This document shows positions 1 to 8,804 of a stretch of 64,000 nucleotides of DNA, one piece after another; the stretch's first letter is position 1; every line of letters begins with the position of its first letter. A model generated the notes under the pieces. The model was not told the origin of the DNA. It saw only the letters and a list, made by a program, of their open reading frames with translations, and did no database searches. The position numbers were made by a program, and so were the translations under genes. The stretch lies in the IMG/VR virus record IMGVR_UViG_3300021255_000131, positions 32,001 through 96,000 of that record. One strand, written 5' to 3'. Origin of the DNA: a virus. Lineage: Duplodnaviria; Caudoviricetes.

Positions 1-367
1 CGCCGCCTTCTCCGACCGGATCATCCATGTCAGGCTCATACTGTTTGACGCCCAGTATTTGTGTGACATCCTGACCGAGAATGTACTGCCCGGCAGGCAG
101 TACAGACATCGGGAAGCAGATGCCCTGAGAGATGACGCCCGCCATTTTCATGGTTTTGATCCTGAAATTCTTGGACCTGAGGAATTCAAACTCCGGCTTT
201 TCAGGAAGCACGGAATCGATCTCGATATAAACGCACTGATCGCCGACGTTATAGTCGGCTTTGCGTACGATGACGCGCCAGCCAAGCACTGTTGCCAGGA
301 CGATCTGATCTCTGTCGGGGATCGGTTCGAGCGCGTCAATCCGTTGTACTGTCGCTAAGTGTCTCAT
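1..367 (-). CDS. RNA ligase, DRB0094/Rnl2-like family (runs off left edge)
   Basis: Not in ORF track. ATG at 367 after AGGAG; reads MRHLATVQRIDALEPIPDRDQIVLATVLGWRVIVRKADYNVGDQCVYIEIDSVLP, the typical N-terminal domain of this family. Confidence 0.75.
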   Translation of the reverse strand, partial: MRHLATVQRIDALEPIPDRDQIVLATVLGWRVIVRKADYNVGDQCVYIEIDSVLPEKPEFEFLRSKNFRIKTMKMAGVISQGICFPMSVLPAGQYILGQDVTQILGVKQYEPDMDDPVGEGG

Positions 368-938
368 TTGATTCTCCTGTAATCGGGTTGATCTTTGCAT
401 AGATATCGCAATAGGTGGAATCATATGGATCGTCGATGGAGCAGATGTACCATGGTTTGGTACGGTATTTGTTGTGCGTGGTGCCGGACCAGTTGGACGA
501 GCCCTGCCGGGCATGGATATACAGCACGTCGTTCCTGCCGACAAAGCGGTTGAACATGGCTAAGTTGTCTTCAACCTTTTTGCCGCTGTGCCGCAGAATG
601 TACTTGACCATTTTGCGCGCTTTACCATGCAGGTTCTCCCAACGGATACCAGCAATGTCGTATCCGTTTTCATCCATGACGTAATACCGCTTCAGCTCTT
701 TCTTCGTACGGCTGCTGTATGCGTGCCAAAACGGATTAAAAGACCAGCGCGGATGAGCTTCAACCAGATTCCGCAGGTCGTCGCTCAGCTTCATCTTCTT
801 TGCCGCGGCGATCTCCTCCGCGACGATCGGCTTTTCATCAGACATCAGGCGCAGACCGCGCAATCTGTCGACAGAGATGCCGTTTTCACGCATGACAGTG
901 CCAAGTGTTTCTATCTGTGCATATGCTCCAAGATCCAT
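336..938 (-). CDS. hypothetical phage protein
   Basis: 200 aa ORF, SD-like AAAGGA, co-oriented with neighbours. Confidence 0.7.
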   Translation of the reverse strand: MDLGAYAQIETLGTVMRENGISVDRLRGLRLMSDEKPIVAEEIAAAKKMKLSDDLRNLVEAHPRWSFNPFWHAYSSRTKKELKRYYVMDENGYDIAGIRWENLHGKARKMVKYILRHSGKKVEDNLAMFNRFVGRNDVLYIHARQGSSNWSGTTHNKYRTKPWYICSIDDPYDSTYCDIYAKINPITGESNETLSDSTTD

Positions 939-1126
939 ATTGTTTTTCCTTTCTTTTATCGCTACGACGTCTCCAACTGGTTACCGGAAGCCGCATGGAT
1001 ACAAGACTTCGTAGCTCCAGCCGTTGTTAAGGCCTGTTAGCGGCCGCGTTTTTATCGGCTTCACCTTTTGCGGACGCATCCGCTTTCCAAACCAGCGGGC
1101 TCCAAAGAGCCGCCGGACCCAATGTA

Positions 1127-1765
1127 TTACCAGAGGATATCGTCGATGGATCCAATGATCCCGTCGCAGACCTTATACTTCATGCAATCCTCAGCGTTCA
1201 GCTCCCAATCGTTCGCCTTCTTGCGGTTGAGCGTCGCCTTCGGGATTTCGGTCTTCGTGAGAATATAATCCTTCATTTTCTTCAGGACTTTCTTGTAGGA
1301 CTCGGACGCGTCGAGCACCTTACCGGCGTCGCCCTCGAAGCCGGCAGAGCCCTCATGAATGATCATGGTGGCGTTGGGCGTCATGAACCGCTTCTGGCCG
1401 GCCATGAAGATGAGCCCGGCTGAGGAGTGTGCGACGCCGATATTGTAGGTGTACACAGGTGTTTTGGACGTCTGGATCGCGTCGACCAGCATCCACATGA
1501 AATCGCCAATGCCGCCATAGGACATGATGACGATGCGGATCGGCTTGCGCTCTTCAACAGGTTTGCCATAATCTTCCGCGTTCCAGAGCATAATCTGCTT
1601 ATGCAGGCGGAGCATGGACTCATTGACGTCGGTCTCCAGATAGATGACGCGGTCCTTAAGCAGCTGATGGTATGCGAGGTAATCAGGATCGGGGAAGTTT
1701 GGATCAGCGGACAGGGCTGAAAGAATTTCCGACAAGGCTTCGGTAATAGACATTTGTTCAGGCAT
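1127..1765 (-). CDS. clpP: ClpP-like ATP-dependent protease proteolytic subunit
   Basis: DRVIYL, IMSYGG, GVAHSSAG (Ser), MIIHEG (His), KVCDGII. Confidence 0.85.
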   Translation of the reverse strand: MPEQMSITEALSEILSALSADPNFPDPDYLAYHQLLKDRVIYLETDVNESMLRLHKQIMLWNAEDYGKPVEERKPIRIVIMSYGGIGDFMWMLVDAIQTSKTPVYTYNIGVAHSSAGLIFMAGQKRFMTPNATMIIHEGSAGFEGDAGKVLDASESYKKVLKKMKDYILTKTEIPKATLNRKKANDWELNAEDCMKYKVCDGIIGSIDDILW

Positions 1766-1788
1766 AGAGTACCTCCAGATTGAATTGA

Positions 1789-2646
1789 TTACTGCGGCGG
1801 GTCCAGCAGATCGGCCAGCTTAGCGGTTTCAGACCGCACAGATTCGCGCAGATGCACGTAACCGAACAGCCGGTTGCCCTTCAAGCAGTTGACGGCGGCC
1901 AGCAGACCGTTGTCCCGCTCGAAAGCTTTCGCGTCGATCTGACGGAAATCGCCTTCAAGCACGAGCACGGAGCCTTCGGACACGCGGCCAAGCAGCAGCT
2001 GGACGTGCTCGCGGGTCAGGTGCTCCGCCTCGGAGCAGAAGATGATCGCGTTCTTGATGTCTCTGCCGCGCAGGAAGCCTAAGTGAACGACCTCGATCTT
2101 GCCGTGCTCGATCATGAAATCAAGCTGATCCTTGCCGCCGATATGATCGGCCAGTGGCATGGCCCAGACGGACATCTTGTCGTAGTAATCGCCTTTCAGA
2201 TGACCGATAGGGTTAGAATCTTTGACCTCAATGTTGTTGCGGACCCAGACGATCTTGTCAAAGGCGCCGTCCTGCAGGAGCTTAAACGCGCAGGCTGAGG
2301 TCAGGAACGTTTTGCCGGAGCCGAAGGAGCCGGACAGGCATTTGACGGTGGTCGTCTCGTCGAGCAGCAGATCAATGGCGCATTCCTGCTCGGCGTTCTT
2401 AGCCCTTACCTTGCCGAAGGCGGAGCTTTCGACAGGCTTGCGCCAGATGGGCTTATACTTGCCATCCTGCCACTTGTATTTGTCGACGACGTGGCCGGCT
2501 TCATCCGTCAGGAACAGGTACTGGTTTTCAGCCAGGTCGAAAACGTTACAGGTTTTGTCTGCATAAAGCTGTGCGGCTTCCGCCGACAACGCGGAAGCCG
2601 CCAGGATACCGGTGTAGTCATTAGGAAGTGTCTTAATAAACACCAC
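1789..2646 (-). CDS. phoH: PhoH-family ATPase
   Basis: GSFGSGKT, FLRGRDI, SEAEHLT, LLGRVSEGS, GDFRQID, VRSETA. Confidence 0.9.
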   Translation of the reverse strand: MVFIKTLPNDYTGILAASALSAEAAQLYADKTCNVFDLAENQYLFLTDEAGHVVDKYKWQDGKYKPIWRKPVESSAFGKVRAKNAEQECAIDLLLDETTTVKCLSGSFGSGKTFLTSACAFKLLQDGAFDKIVWVRNNIEVKDSNPIGHLKGDYYDKMSVWAMPLADHIGGKDQLDFMIEHGKIEVVHLGFLRGRDIKNAIIFCSEAEHLTREHVQLLLGRVSEGSVLVLEGDFRQIDAKAFERDNGLLAAVNCLKGNRLFGYVHLRESVRSETAKLADLLDPPQ

Positions 2647-2656
2647 CCCTTTGCAG

Positions 2657-2926
2657 TTATTCTTTCGCGATGAATTCCTTCCACAAATCAGGGTTGGTCA
2701 TATCTGCGATGCGATGGCGGATGGCCGCGTACTCATCGGCCGAGAACTCCTGAGCGCGTTCGGCGATCGGCTGCTTCTTCTGGCCGACACACTCAAAGCG
2801 GCCCTTGATTTCAGGCTTGTTGGACCACAGCCATTCCTTGGCGGAGGGCAGGTTGCGAGCGTAGACGTAAAAGACTTTGCTGGCATCCGTTTTATCTGTG
2901 ATCCTGTAGATGTACGTTTGCTTCAT
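2657..2926 (-). CDS. hypothetical protein
   Basis: Likely start MKQTYIY after AAAGGG; part of ORF 2657..3049. Confidence 0.55.
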   Translation of the reverse strand: MKQTYIYRITDKTDASKVFYVYARNLPSAKEWLWSNKPEIKGRFECVGQKKQPIAERAQEFSADEYAAIRHRIADMTNPDLWKEFIAKE

Positions 2927-3024
2927 CGTTTTCCCTTTCGGCATTGGTGGCGATGACCAGGCAGGCCGCGCAGCCATAATGCCACCAGCACGGACATGAT
3001 ACATAGTACACGCAGTCAACGCAC

Positions 3025-3606
3025 TCACGGGGCGGGCTGTTGGATACATCCATCTTTTTCTTCACTCACTTTCAATATGCCGTTCTGTACGAGGAATGAG
3101 ATTGCGACCGCCGCGGCATCTGACTCATCGTCGGTCTTGTATTCGAGACCCGGCAGCCATTGCGGCAGCGCTTTCGCGACGTCTTCCTTGGTGGCTTTGC
3201 CGGAGCCGGTGATACACTTTTTGACGGTGACGGGATAGATCTCCGACCAGTCCAGCTTCAGCCGGTACAGCAGCCAGTCCATGACGCCGACGACCTTGTA
3301 GATACCGATCTCCGCCTGTGAAGCCCTGGCGTTGAACGCCTTCTCCCTGACGAAGTAAATCGGCACGCCGTCGTCCGGCATAAAGAAAGCGAACGCCTTC
3401 ATGATTTCATCCAGCAGCTGGCCGTGCGATTTCTGGTTGGCCTTGTTGTCGACGCTGACGGCGGCCGCGCTTTGGAGCGCGGCGCCGTCAGGAGAATTGG
3501 TGACGAGGATTTTGCAGAAGCCTGGCCTGCGCAAACTGAGATCCGCCGCGACGACCCAATACTTATCCGGCAGACGCAGCGGTTCCGACTGTTTCTTTTT
3601 CGCCAT
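3025..3606 (-). CDS. ruvC: RuvC-like Holliday junction resolvase
   Basis: AADLSL.RPG, VREK, PVTVKKCITGSGKATKEDV, DDESDAAAVA. Confidence 0.85.
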   Translation of the reverse strand: MAKKKQSEPLRLPDKYWVVAADLSLRRPGFCKILVTNSPDGAALQSAAAVSVDNKANQKSHGQLLDEIMKAFAFFMPDDGVPIYFVREKAFNARASQAEIGIYKVVGVMDWLLYRLKLDWSEIYPVTVKKCITGSGKATKEDVAKALPQWLPGLEYKTDDESDAAAVAISFLVQNGILKVSEEKDGCIQQPAP

Positions 3607-3929
3607 CAGACGTGATGCATGATCTTTCCGACGGGCTTCGGTACAAACGTCCGTTCTTCGGTCATAACGGGCTGGAAATCATCGGGGCAATGAAGCTCAC
3701 AGATATCAAGCCAGTAGTCCGTGAACTCCAAACAGATGCTGAACGCGTCGATTGCGCTGCAGCTATCCCAGTGATAGGCGTCTGGATCTTCCGAGTCAAA
3801 GCGTTCCCGCCAGGCGTTTCTACCAGCTGCATCATCGAAAATTTGATCCAGCAGCCAAGCTTTCGCCATGGATTCTGTGGTGCATACATACATGTTTTCG
3901 CCTTGTTCAGAACATACATAAACTTTCAT
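3606..3929 (-). CDS. hypothetical protein
   Basis: 107 aa ORF, SD AAGGAG, abuts ruvC start. Confidence 0.65.
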   Translation of the reverse strand: MKVYVCSEQGENMYVCTTESMAKAWLLDQIFDDAAGRNAWRERFDSEDPDAYHWDSCSAIDAFSICLEFTDYWLDICELHCPDDFQPVMTEERTFVPKPVGKIMHHV

Positions 3930-3946
3930 AGCATCAAACTCCTTTA

Positions 3947-4297
3947 TTAGAATTCTTCCTTCAATGGTTCAAGAAACGGTAGGCTGTCCATATAATCGTT
4001 GTACGTCTCGATGACGTACTGCAGGGCGACGTCGTCGTCGACTTCCTCGTCCCAACGCTCAAAGAAGGGCGCGTACTGGAACGACCAGCTGTCTGTGACC
4101 AGCACGTTGTCAAAGTCATTCCATTCCGACATGTCGCGATCGAACGCGACGCAGATGGTGAACTCACTGTCTGTCACTTTATTGATAAATGTTTTGGCGA
4201 TATATCCCATCGCGCCGCCTTTGACCCAGCCGCCATCAAGGTGCATGCTTCTCGGCAAAGGAGCGCCGTTATACTGATAGCGTTTGATTCTGCTCAT
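3947..4297 (-). CDS. hypothetical protein
   Basis: 116 aa ORF, ATGA overlap with nrdG. Confidence 0.65.
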   Translation of the reverse strand: MSRIKRYQYNGAPLPRSMHLDGGWVKGGAMGYIAKTFINKVTDSEFTICVAFDRDMSEWNDFDNVLVTDSWSFQYAPFFERWDEEVDDDVALQYVIETYNDYMDSLPFLEPLKEEF

Positions 4298-4788
4298 AGA
4301 TATTCCTTTTGAAACTTGTGTGTAATATCAAAAACTGCGGGACGGTTTTGATCGTCCCGCAGTTTAAACATACGCTGATTTGTATTCGGATCCGATAAAG
4401 GCCCGTGATCCCGCTGCCAGGAACCGAACTTAATATAGTCCAGATGCTGAAGCAGTTGACCGTCGATCACTTTCAGGCTGTCTGCGCCAGTATACAAACA
4501 AACTTTGAACCCAAGTTTGTGCGCGAGACGAGCACAATAGATCAGCTCGCGCGGCCGCCATTCGCCGCCCATAAAGCAGACGCAGGTAACGCCGCCTGTA
4601 TAGGTGAGACTATCCAGAATCTGCTGAAACATGGGAGCAAACGGTTCGCCGGTGTAAGACCACAGGTCCTGCGAGTGACAGCCGTCACAGCGATGCGGAC
4701 AATCTGTGATATTGAACGCGACGGCGATTTCGTCCGGCACTTCCTGCAAACAGACCGCGGCACCCTGGCATTTAAGCGGTCTGTTCAT
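4294..4788 (-). CDS. nrdG: anaerobic ribonucleotide reductase activating protein (radical SAM)
   Basis: QEVPDEI, CPHRCDGCHS (CxxxCxxC), FMGGE, LYTG, TNQR. Confidence 0.92.
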   Translation of the reverse strand: MNRPLKCQGAAVCLQEVPDEIAVAFNITDCPHRCDGCHSQDLWSYTGEPFAPMFQQILDSLTYTGGVTCVCFMGGEWRPRELIYCARLAHKLGFKVCLYTGADSLKVIDGQLLQHLDYIKFGSWQRDHGPLSDPNTNQRMFKLRDDQNRPAVFDITHKFQKEYL

Positions 4789-6658
4789 GCGGGACCTCCG
4801 CGTAATAGCGCCTCGCGGCTTCCTTCTGCCTGGCCTCAGAGAACGAGGAGATGAGCTTCAGATAACCAATAACACGGGTAGCCCAATCCAGATTATCGCT
4901 GCCGCACTTGGGGCATCTGGCCAGCTTATGCTTGCTGATATGCCCGCAATCCCGGCACACGGTGTTCGGTATATTGAAGGTGAAGTAAGGACAGCCGGTC
5001 TCAATGGCGTAATCCATGAGCCTGCGGTACTGCGCCTTGCTTAAATGCTCGTCCAGGTTGCAGTGCAAGGCGGAACCGCCGTCCAGATACTGCGTAAACT
5101 GCTTGCCGTGAAGAATGAACTTATCCAACACGGAAGTAGACGGATCTTCTACGAGATAGAAATAGGAATTGTAGCAGGCGCGAGGCACGGCATAACCGTC
5201 TCGCTTGTCCCACTTGGCGTTCTTGACACCAAGATTTTCGGCAGGCACATATTCAGTATTGAACATGATGCCCTCTTCGCGATCGGCTTTATTGAGATCG
5301 CTGATCAGCTTCAATACAGTATTGACGAAGGTCTGATATTCTTTGCAGCCGGGCTTGATCTGATAGCCGAGAAACTCGGCGGCTTCAACCAGACCGTTGA
5401 TACCGACCGTAAGATACTGGCGATCCGGCGCGACGAACTGAGCGTCGTACATCGGCAGGAGGCCCGCTTCGTTACGGTCCGTCAAGATGGTGTTGAAAGC
5501 TTTCAGATATTTATGTACGCGGGCGACTTCAACCTGGATCGCGCCATAAACCTTCTGCATGAAGGGTACGGCGCTGAAATCAGGATCTGGATGATGAGCC
5601 GCTTCCTGAACAATGCGATTGATGTTGATGGTCATGACGCACTTGGAGCCGGTGGATACGCCGCCGGCGCCGAGCGTATACGAGAACTGATTATCCTGGA
5701 TCTCGTTACGCAAACGGCAGCAGGAGGCCAGGCTGTCTACGTTATCGGAACGGTAGAGGAAGAAGGAGTGGCCCTTCGACCACATTTCCGCTACGAAGTC
5801 AGCCCATTCCTGATCCTTATATCGCTTGCCGTCGTCCAGAAGGTTGACCGTTTCAACGGGGAATGTAAGGACTTTGCGCAGCCGCTCCTGGTTAAACCAG
5901 GTCATGAACCGTTTCTGCAGCCAGTTGACGGATGCCCACTGCATGGGTGTGCCATCCGGGAAGCAGAAGTCTTCGAACATGCCGGCGAAATAGTACTTGT
6001 CGAAGTAGGCGATGTTCCAGAAAACCGCCTGATTGCCACGAGCTGCGGCAGGCTGGTTGATAGAGTAGACCACTTGCTCAAAGCAGTCCGTAATGACACG
6101 GTCGATGGATCGGCCGCGCGTCGTCATATCAACGACTTGATCCGGGTGCAGATAGTATTCGTTGCCGTATTCCTGTCGGATAAAGTAATCCATATACGGA
6201 AGAAATTCCGGCGTGGATACAGCTCCGGCCAGCTGCGCGGCGGCCGCGAAGACAAGGTTGATAAAAGCGCCGCAGAAAGAAGAAAGATTCTTCGGAGCGG
6301 CGGAGGTACCGCCCAGATCCTTTAAACCCTTCAGCAGGAACGGATACATGGTGATGGAAGCGCAATAAGGCTTTCCACATAGGGCCGTCTCATCGTGTCG
6401 ATAGATGCGGTGCGTTTCCAGGTCTTCGATATATTGCTTCGCCAGGTCCTCACCGTACAGCTCGGCGATACGCTGCTGCATGGCGAGACGGTTGATGGCG
6501 ATGGCTTCTTTCTTAAATATTTCCGACTCCATGGTAGCGATGGATTTCTTTTCCACGTTTGCGTTGGCGTCCACCTCGGAGCCGGAAGCGGCGTTGACCG
6601 CCTCGGAATAATTCTTGATAAAATTCAGATAAGGCTGGCGGTCTGCGTATTTATACAT
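4772..6658 (-). CDS. nrdD: class III anaerobic ribonucleoside-triphosphate reductase, no ATP cone
   Basis: YRHD, LASCCRL, PAEN, C-terminal CxxC...CPKCG and TRVIGYL glycyl-radical motif; start placed at MYKY after AAGGGTGG. Confidence 0.95.
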   Translation of the reverse strand: MYKYADRQPYLNFIKNYSEAVNAASGSEVDANANVEKKSIATMESEIFKKEAIAINRLAMQQRIAELYGEDLAKQYIEDLETHRIYRHDETALCGKPYCASITMYPFLLKGLKDLGGTSAAPKNLSSFCGAFINLVFAAAAQLAGAVSTPEFLPYMDYFIRQEYGNEYYLHPDQVVDMTTRGRSIDRVITDCFEQVVYSINQPAAARGNQAVFWNIAYFDKYYFAGMFEDFCFPDGTPMQWASVNWLQKRFMTWFNQERLRKVLTFPVETVNLLDDGKRYKDQEWADFVAEMWSKGHSFFLYRSDNVDSLASCCRLRNEIQDNQFSYTLGAGGVSTGSKCVMTININRIVQEAAHHPDPDFSAVPFMQKVYGAIQVEVARVHKYLKAFNTILTDRNEAGLLPMYDAQFVAPDRQYLTVGINGLVEAAEFLGYQIKPGCKEYQTFVNTVLKLISDLNKADREEGIMFNTEYVPAENLGVKNAKWDKRDGYAVPRACYNSYFYLVEDPSTSVLDKFILHGKQFTQYLDGGSALHCNLDEHLSKAQYRRLMDYAIETGCPYFTFNIPNTVCRDCGHISKHKLARCPKCGSDNLDWATRVIGYLKLISSFSEARQKEAARRYYAEVPHEQTA

Positions 6659-6863
6659 GCGGCGCGCCACCCTTCGTAAGAGCGATAATATCAGGCAGAT
6701 GATATACCTGTCCATCCATCACAAGCGCCGGCACGGAAGAAATATCATACCGTTTCGCCTCGTCGGCGTCTTGCGAAATGATGTACTGGATTTGGCTGTC
6801 GTCCAAAATGGCTTTCGCGAGCTGACACTTCGCGCAGCCGGACGACGTAAAGAGAATGTTCAT
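6651..6863 (-). CDS. glutaredoxin/NrdH-like redoxin
   Basis: GCAKC (CxxC), SVPAL; directly upstream of nrdD. Confidence 0.85.
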   Translation of the reverse strand: MNILFTSSGCAKCQLAKAILDDSQIQYIISQDADEAKRYDISSVPALVMDGQVYHLPDIIALTKGGAPHV

Positions 6864-6885
6864 GAAAACAACTCCTGTTAATAGC

Positions 6886-6915
6886 CCGAAGGGGCGCTTT
6901 GAGGCGCCCCTTCGG
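6886..6915 (-). terminator. GC-rich stem-loop (terminator or processing site)
   Basis: ccgaaggggcgc-tttgag-gcgccccttcgg; no clear U tract. Confidence 0.5.
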
Positions 6916-6929
6916 TGAGAATGATTTGA

Positions 6930-7397
6930 TTATTCTGCGAGATCCGCGATGATCTCGTCGAGTTCAAGCTCTGTCGCTTCGATCAGGTCGTTGAGTGCGT
7001 TGAGCTCTTCCTTGCAGCGATTACGCGCGGCCTTGTAATGCTCAAGTTCCTGCGCTACACGATCGCGCTGCTGCGCGAGCGTTTGCTTTCCATCATCGAG
7101 CTGTTCGGTCTTTTCTTCTTCGAGCACGGCTTTAAACATGGCGTCCGCCTCCTTGATATCCGCGTCGGGACCGGCCTTTTCAAACAGCTGGTCGAGACAA
7201 ACCGTCAGATCATATTCAACATCCTCAAGGATGTCCTCAAGATTATCAATCTTCTGACGTTCAGAGATCTTCAGTTCTTCGGACATCGAGGCCGCGTAGC
7301 GTTTCAGATCACGCTTACGGTTGCTGATTTCTGTTACGAGGCGGAGGCGTTCTGCGTCGTACTGCTGCACCTTATCTTTAAGCTCATCGATATTCAA
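6930..7397 (-). CDS. coiled-coil hypothetical protein
   Basis: Heptad-rich acidic 155 aa ORF. Confidence 0.7.
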   Translation of the reverse strand: MNIDELKDKVQQYDAERLRLVTEISNRKRDLKRYAASMSEELKISERQKIDNLEDILEDVEYDLTVCLDQLFEKAGPDADIKEADAMFKAVLEEEKTEQLDDGKQTLAQQRDRVAQELEHYKAARNRCKEELNALNDLIEATELELDEIIADLAE

Positions 7398-8065
7398 TCG
7401 ACAGCACTTCCTTCCTTTGAGACGTATTGATGATAGAGATCGTCAAACGCTACGGGAACGGCATCGGCTGAGAGCTTAAGCATCTTGGTTGCAAGCGATC
7501 GCATCTGAGGATATGCGGCGGGGGAGCAGCGTAGTTCAAAGATGTGACGCCATTCGCGTACGTTTGCCTTCATAATGATGCGGCAAGCTGTCGAGTTTGG
7601 TAATACCTCTCTGGCTTGCTCAGGTTTCATGCCCAGAGAGATTAGCGTCTTATAGGTGCTTTCCGCGGACAACATGGCGTCGTACCATGCCGCGGAGCCA
7701 TTACGAACAATGGAATCACCGCTTTCAGAATCAAACCACTCGGGGAGAATGAATGTGATGTCACCCGTTTTCGCCTCTTGAATATACCGCTGCGACTCAA
7801 CGCAGAAGGAAGCGAGACGGTGACGGGTCATTTCGGCCAGCACAGCGCGTGATGTGGTGATATCGAATGTGAGATCAGCAAACTCAAGCGGCGTTTCGTG
7901 GCCACGCTCAATGAGAGACTTTGTGAAACGAAGACAGGAGTCTTCTGTTGTTTTGGCATGCGAAGCATAGCAATTCCGGCCAGCGAACTCAATTGCTTTC
8001 AGCAAGGTGAGTCCTTCGCCGGGTGCCGGCTTCAGCAAAACTGCCTGTTGTTCAGTGAGAATCAA
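7394..8065 (-). CDS. thyX: flavin-dependent thymidylate synthase
   Basis: GHETPLEF, EMTRHR, ESQRY, EQAREVLPNS, WRHIFELR. Confidence 0.95.
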   Translation of the reverse strand: MILTEQQAVLLKPAPGEGLTLLKAIEFAGRNCYASHAKTTEDSCLRFTKSLIERGHETPLEFADLTFDITTSRAVLAEMTRHRLASFCVESQRYIQEAKTGDITFILPEWFDSESGDSIVRNGSAAWYDAMLSAESTYKTLISLGMKPEQAREVLPNSTACRIIMKANVREWRHIFELRCSPAAYPQMRSLATKMLKLSADAVPVAFDDLYHQYVSKEGSAVD

Positions 8066-8460
8066 ATAGACACCTCTGATTCTTCCGCTTCCGCCGTCAT
8101 TTCTGGCACGTCTTCATCTTCTAAATCAGGGTCTGGTTCTTCATCGTCAATATCGTAAACGCGCATGCGCTCAGGCGTGCGGAATTTTGTTGGGTTGACT
8201 TTCTTATAGTTTGCCTTTTCGATGGCAGACAAAAGCCGCGTGACAGTCAGCGGAGAAGCGATGACGGACCCGTTGTCCAGAAAGATCGCTGAGTTGACTT
8301 TCGCGCGGCCGGCCGCGTTGATCAGCGTGCCCGCCTGTTTCTCATCCTTGATGGTGCGGCGGGCCTGATACGCGTTGGTTGACATGATGGCGACGATGCG
8401 CGTGGCGCAGATCGAAACGTCATCAGACACCTTGATAAAACGTAGGGGAAGTTGATACAA
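8062..8460 (-). CDS. RemA/DUF370-like protein with acidic tail
   Basis: RIVAIMS..AYQARRTIKDEKQAGTLINAAGRAKVNSAIFLDNGSVIAS matches the RemA/DUF370 pattern by eye. Confidence 0.75.
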   Translation of the reverse strand: MYQLPLRFIKVSDDVSICATRIVAIMSTNAYQARRTIKDEKQAGTLINAAGRAKVNSAIFLDNGSVIASPLTVTRLLSAIEKANYKKVNPTKFRTPERMRVYDIDDEEPDPDLEDEDVPEMTAEAEESEVSI

Positions 8461-8474
8461 ATAACATCACTTCT

Positions 8475-8801
8475 TTATTCGAAGGGCTCGAACAAATCAG
8501 TCTCTGTGCCGAGCGCGGTATCCCAGCTCTGGCCGGCATAGCCGTCGATATCGTAGTGAATCTGCTGGCCTGTGAAGCCGGACCAGCTTTCGCCGAGATA
8601 CCTGCCGTTGGCGTCGTGATGAGTGTAATCGGCAAGCAATCCCGGATCAGAATAGCCGACATAGCCGCCGTTGGCGTCGTAGTGCTCGAAAGAGCCTGGG
8701 ATCAGCCCGGGACGGGACTCGCCGGCGTAATTTCCAAACTCGTCGTAATGGATCTTGCCGCCAAACAGGCCGTCGACACTGGTATAATGCTTGCCTTTCA
8801 T
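8475..8801 (-). CDS. Gly/Tyr/Asp repeat protein
   Basis: Four HYDxxGxYxGxS-type repeats. Confidence 0.7.
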   Translation of the reverse strand: MKGKHYTSVDGLFGGKIHYDEFGNYAGESRPGLIPGSFEHYDANGGYVGYSDPGLLADYTHHDANGRYLGESWSGFTGQQIHYDIDGYAGQSWDTALGTETDLFEPFE

Positions 8802-8804
8802 AGA

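Noticed and set aside
5045-6325. Long antisense ORFs (also 16248-17414, 14181-15050, 36979-37842, 48193-49155)
   Set aside because: Shadow frames of well-supported genes on the other strand, no SD or motifs
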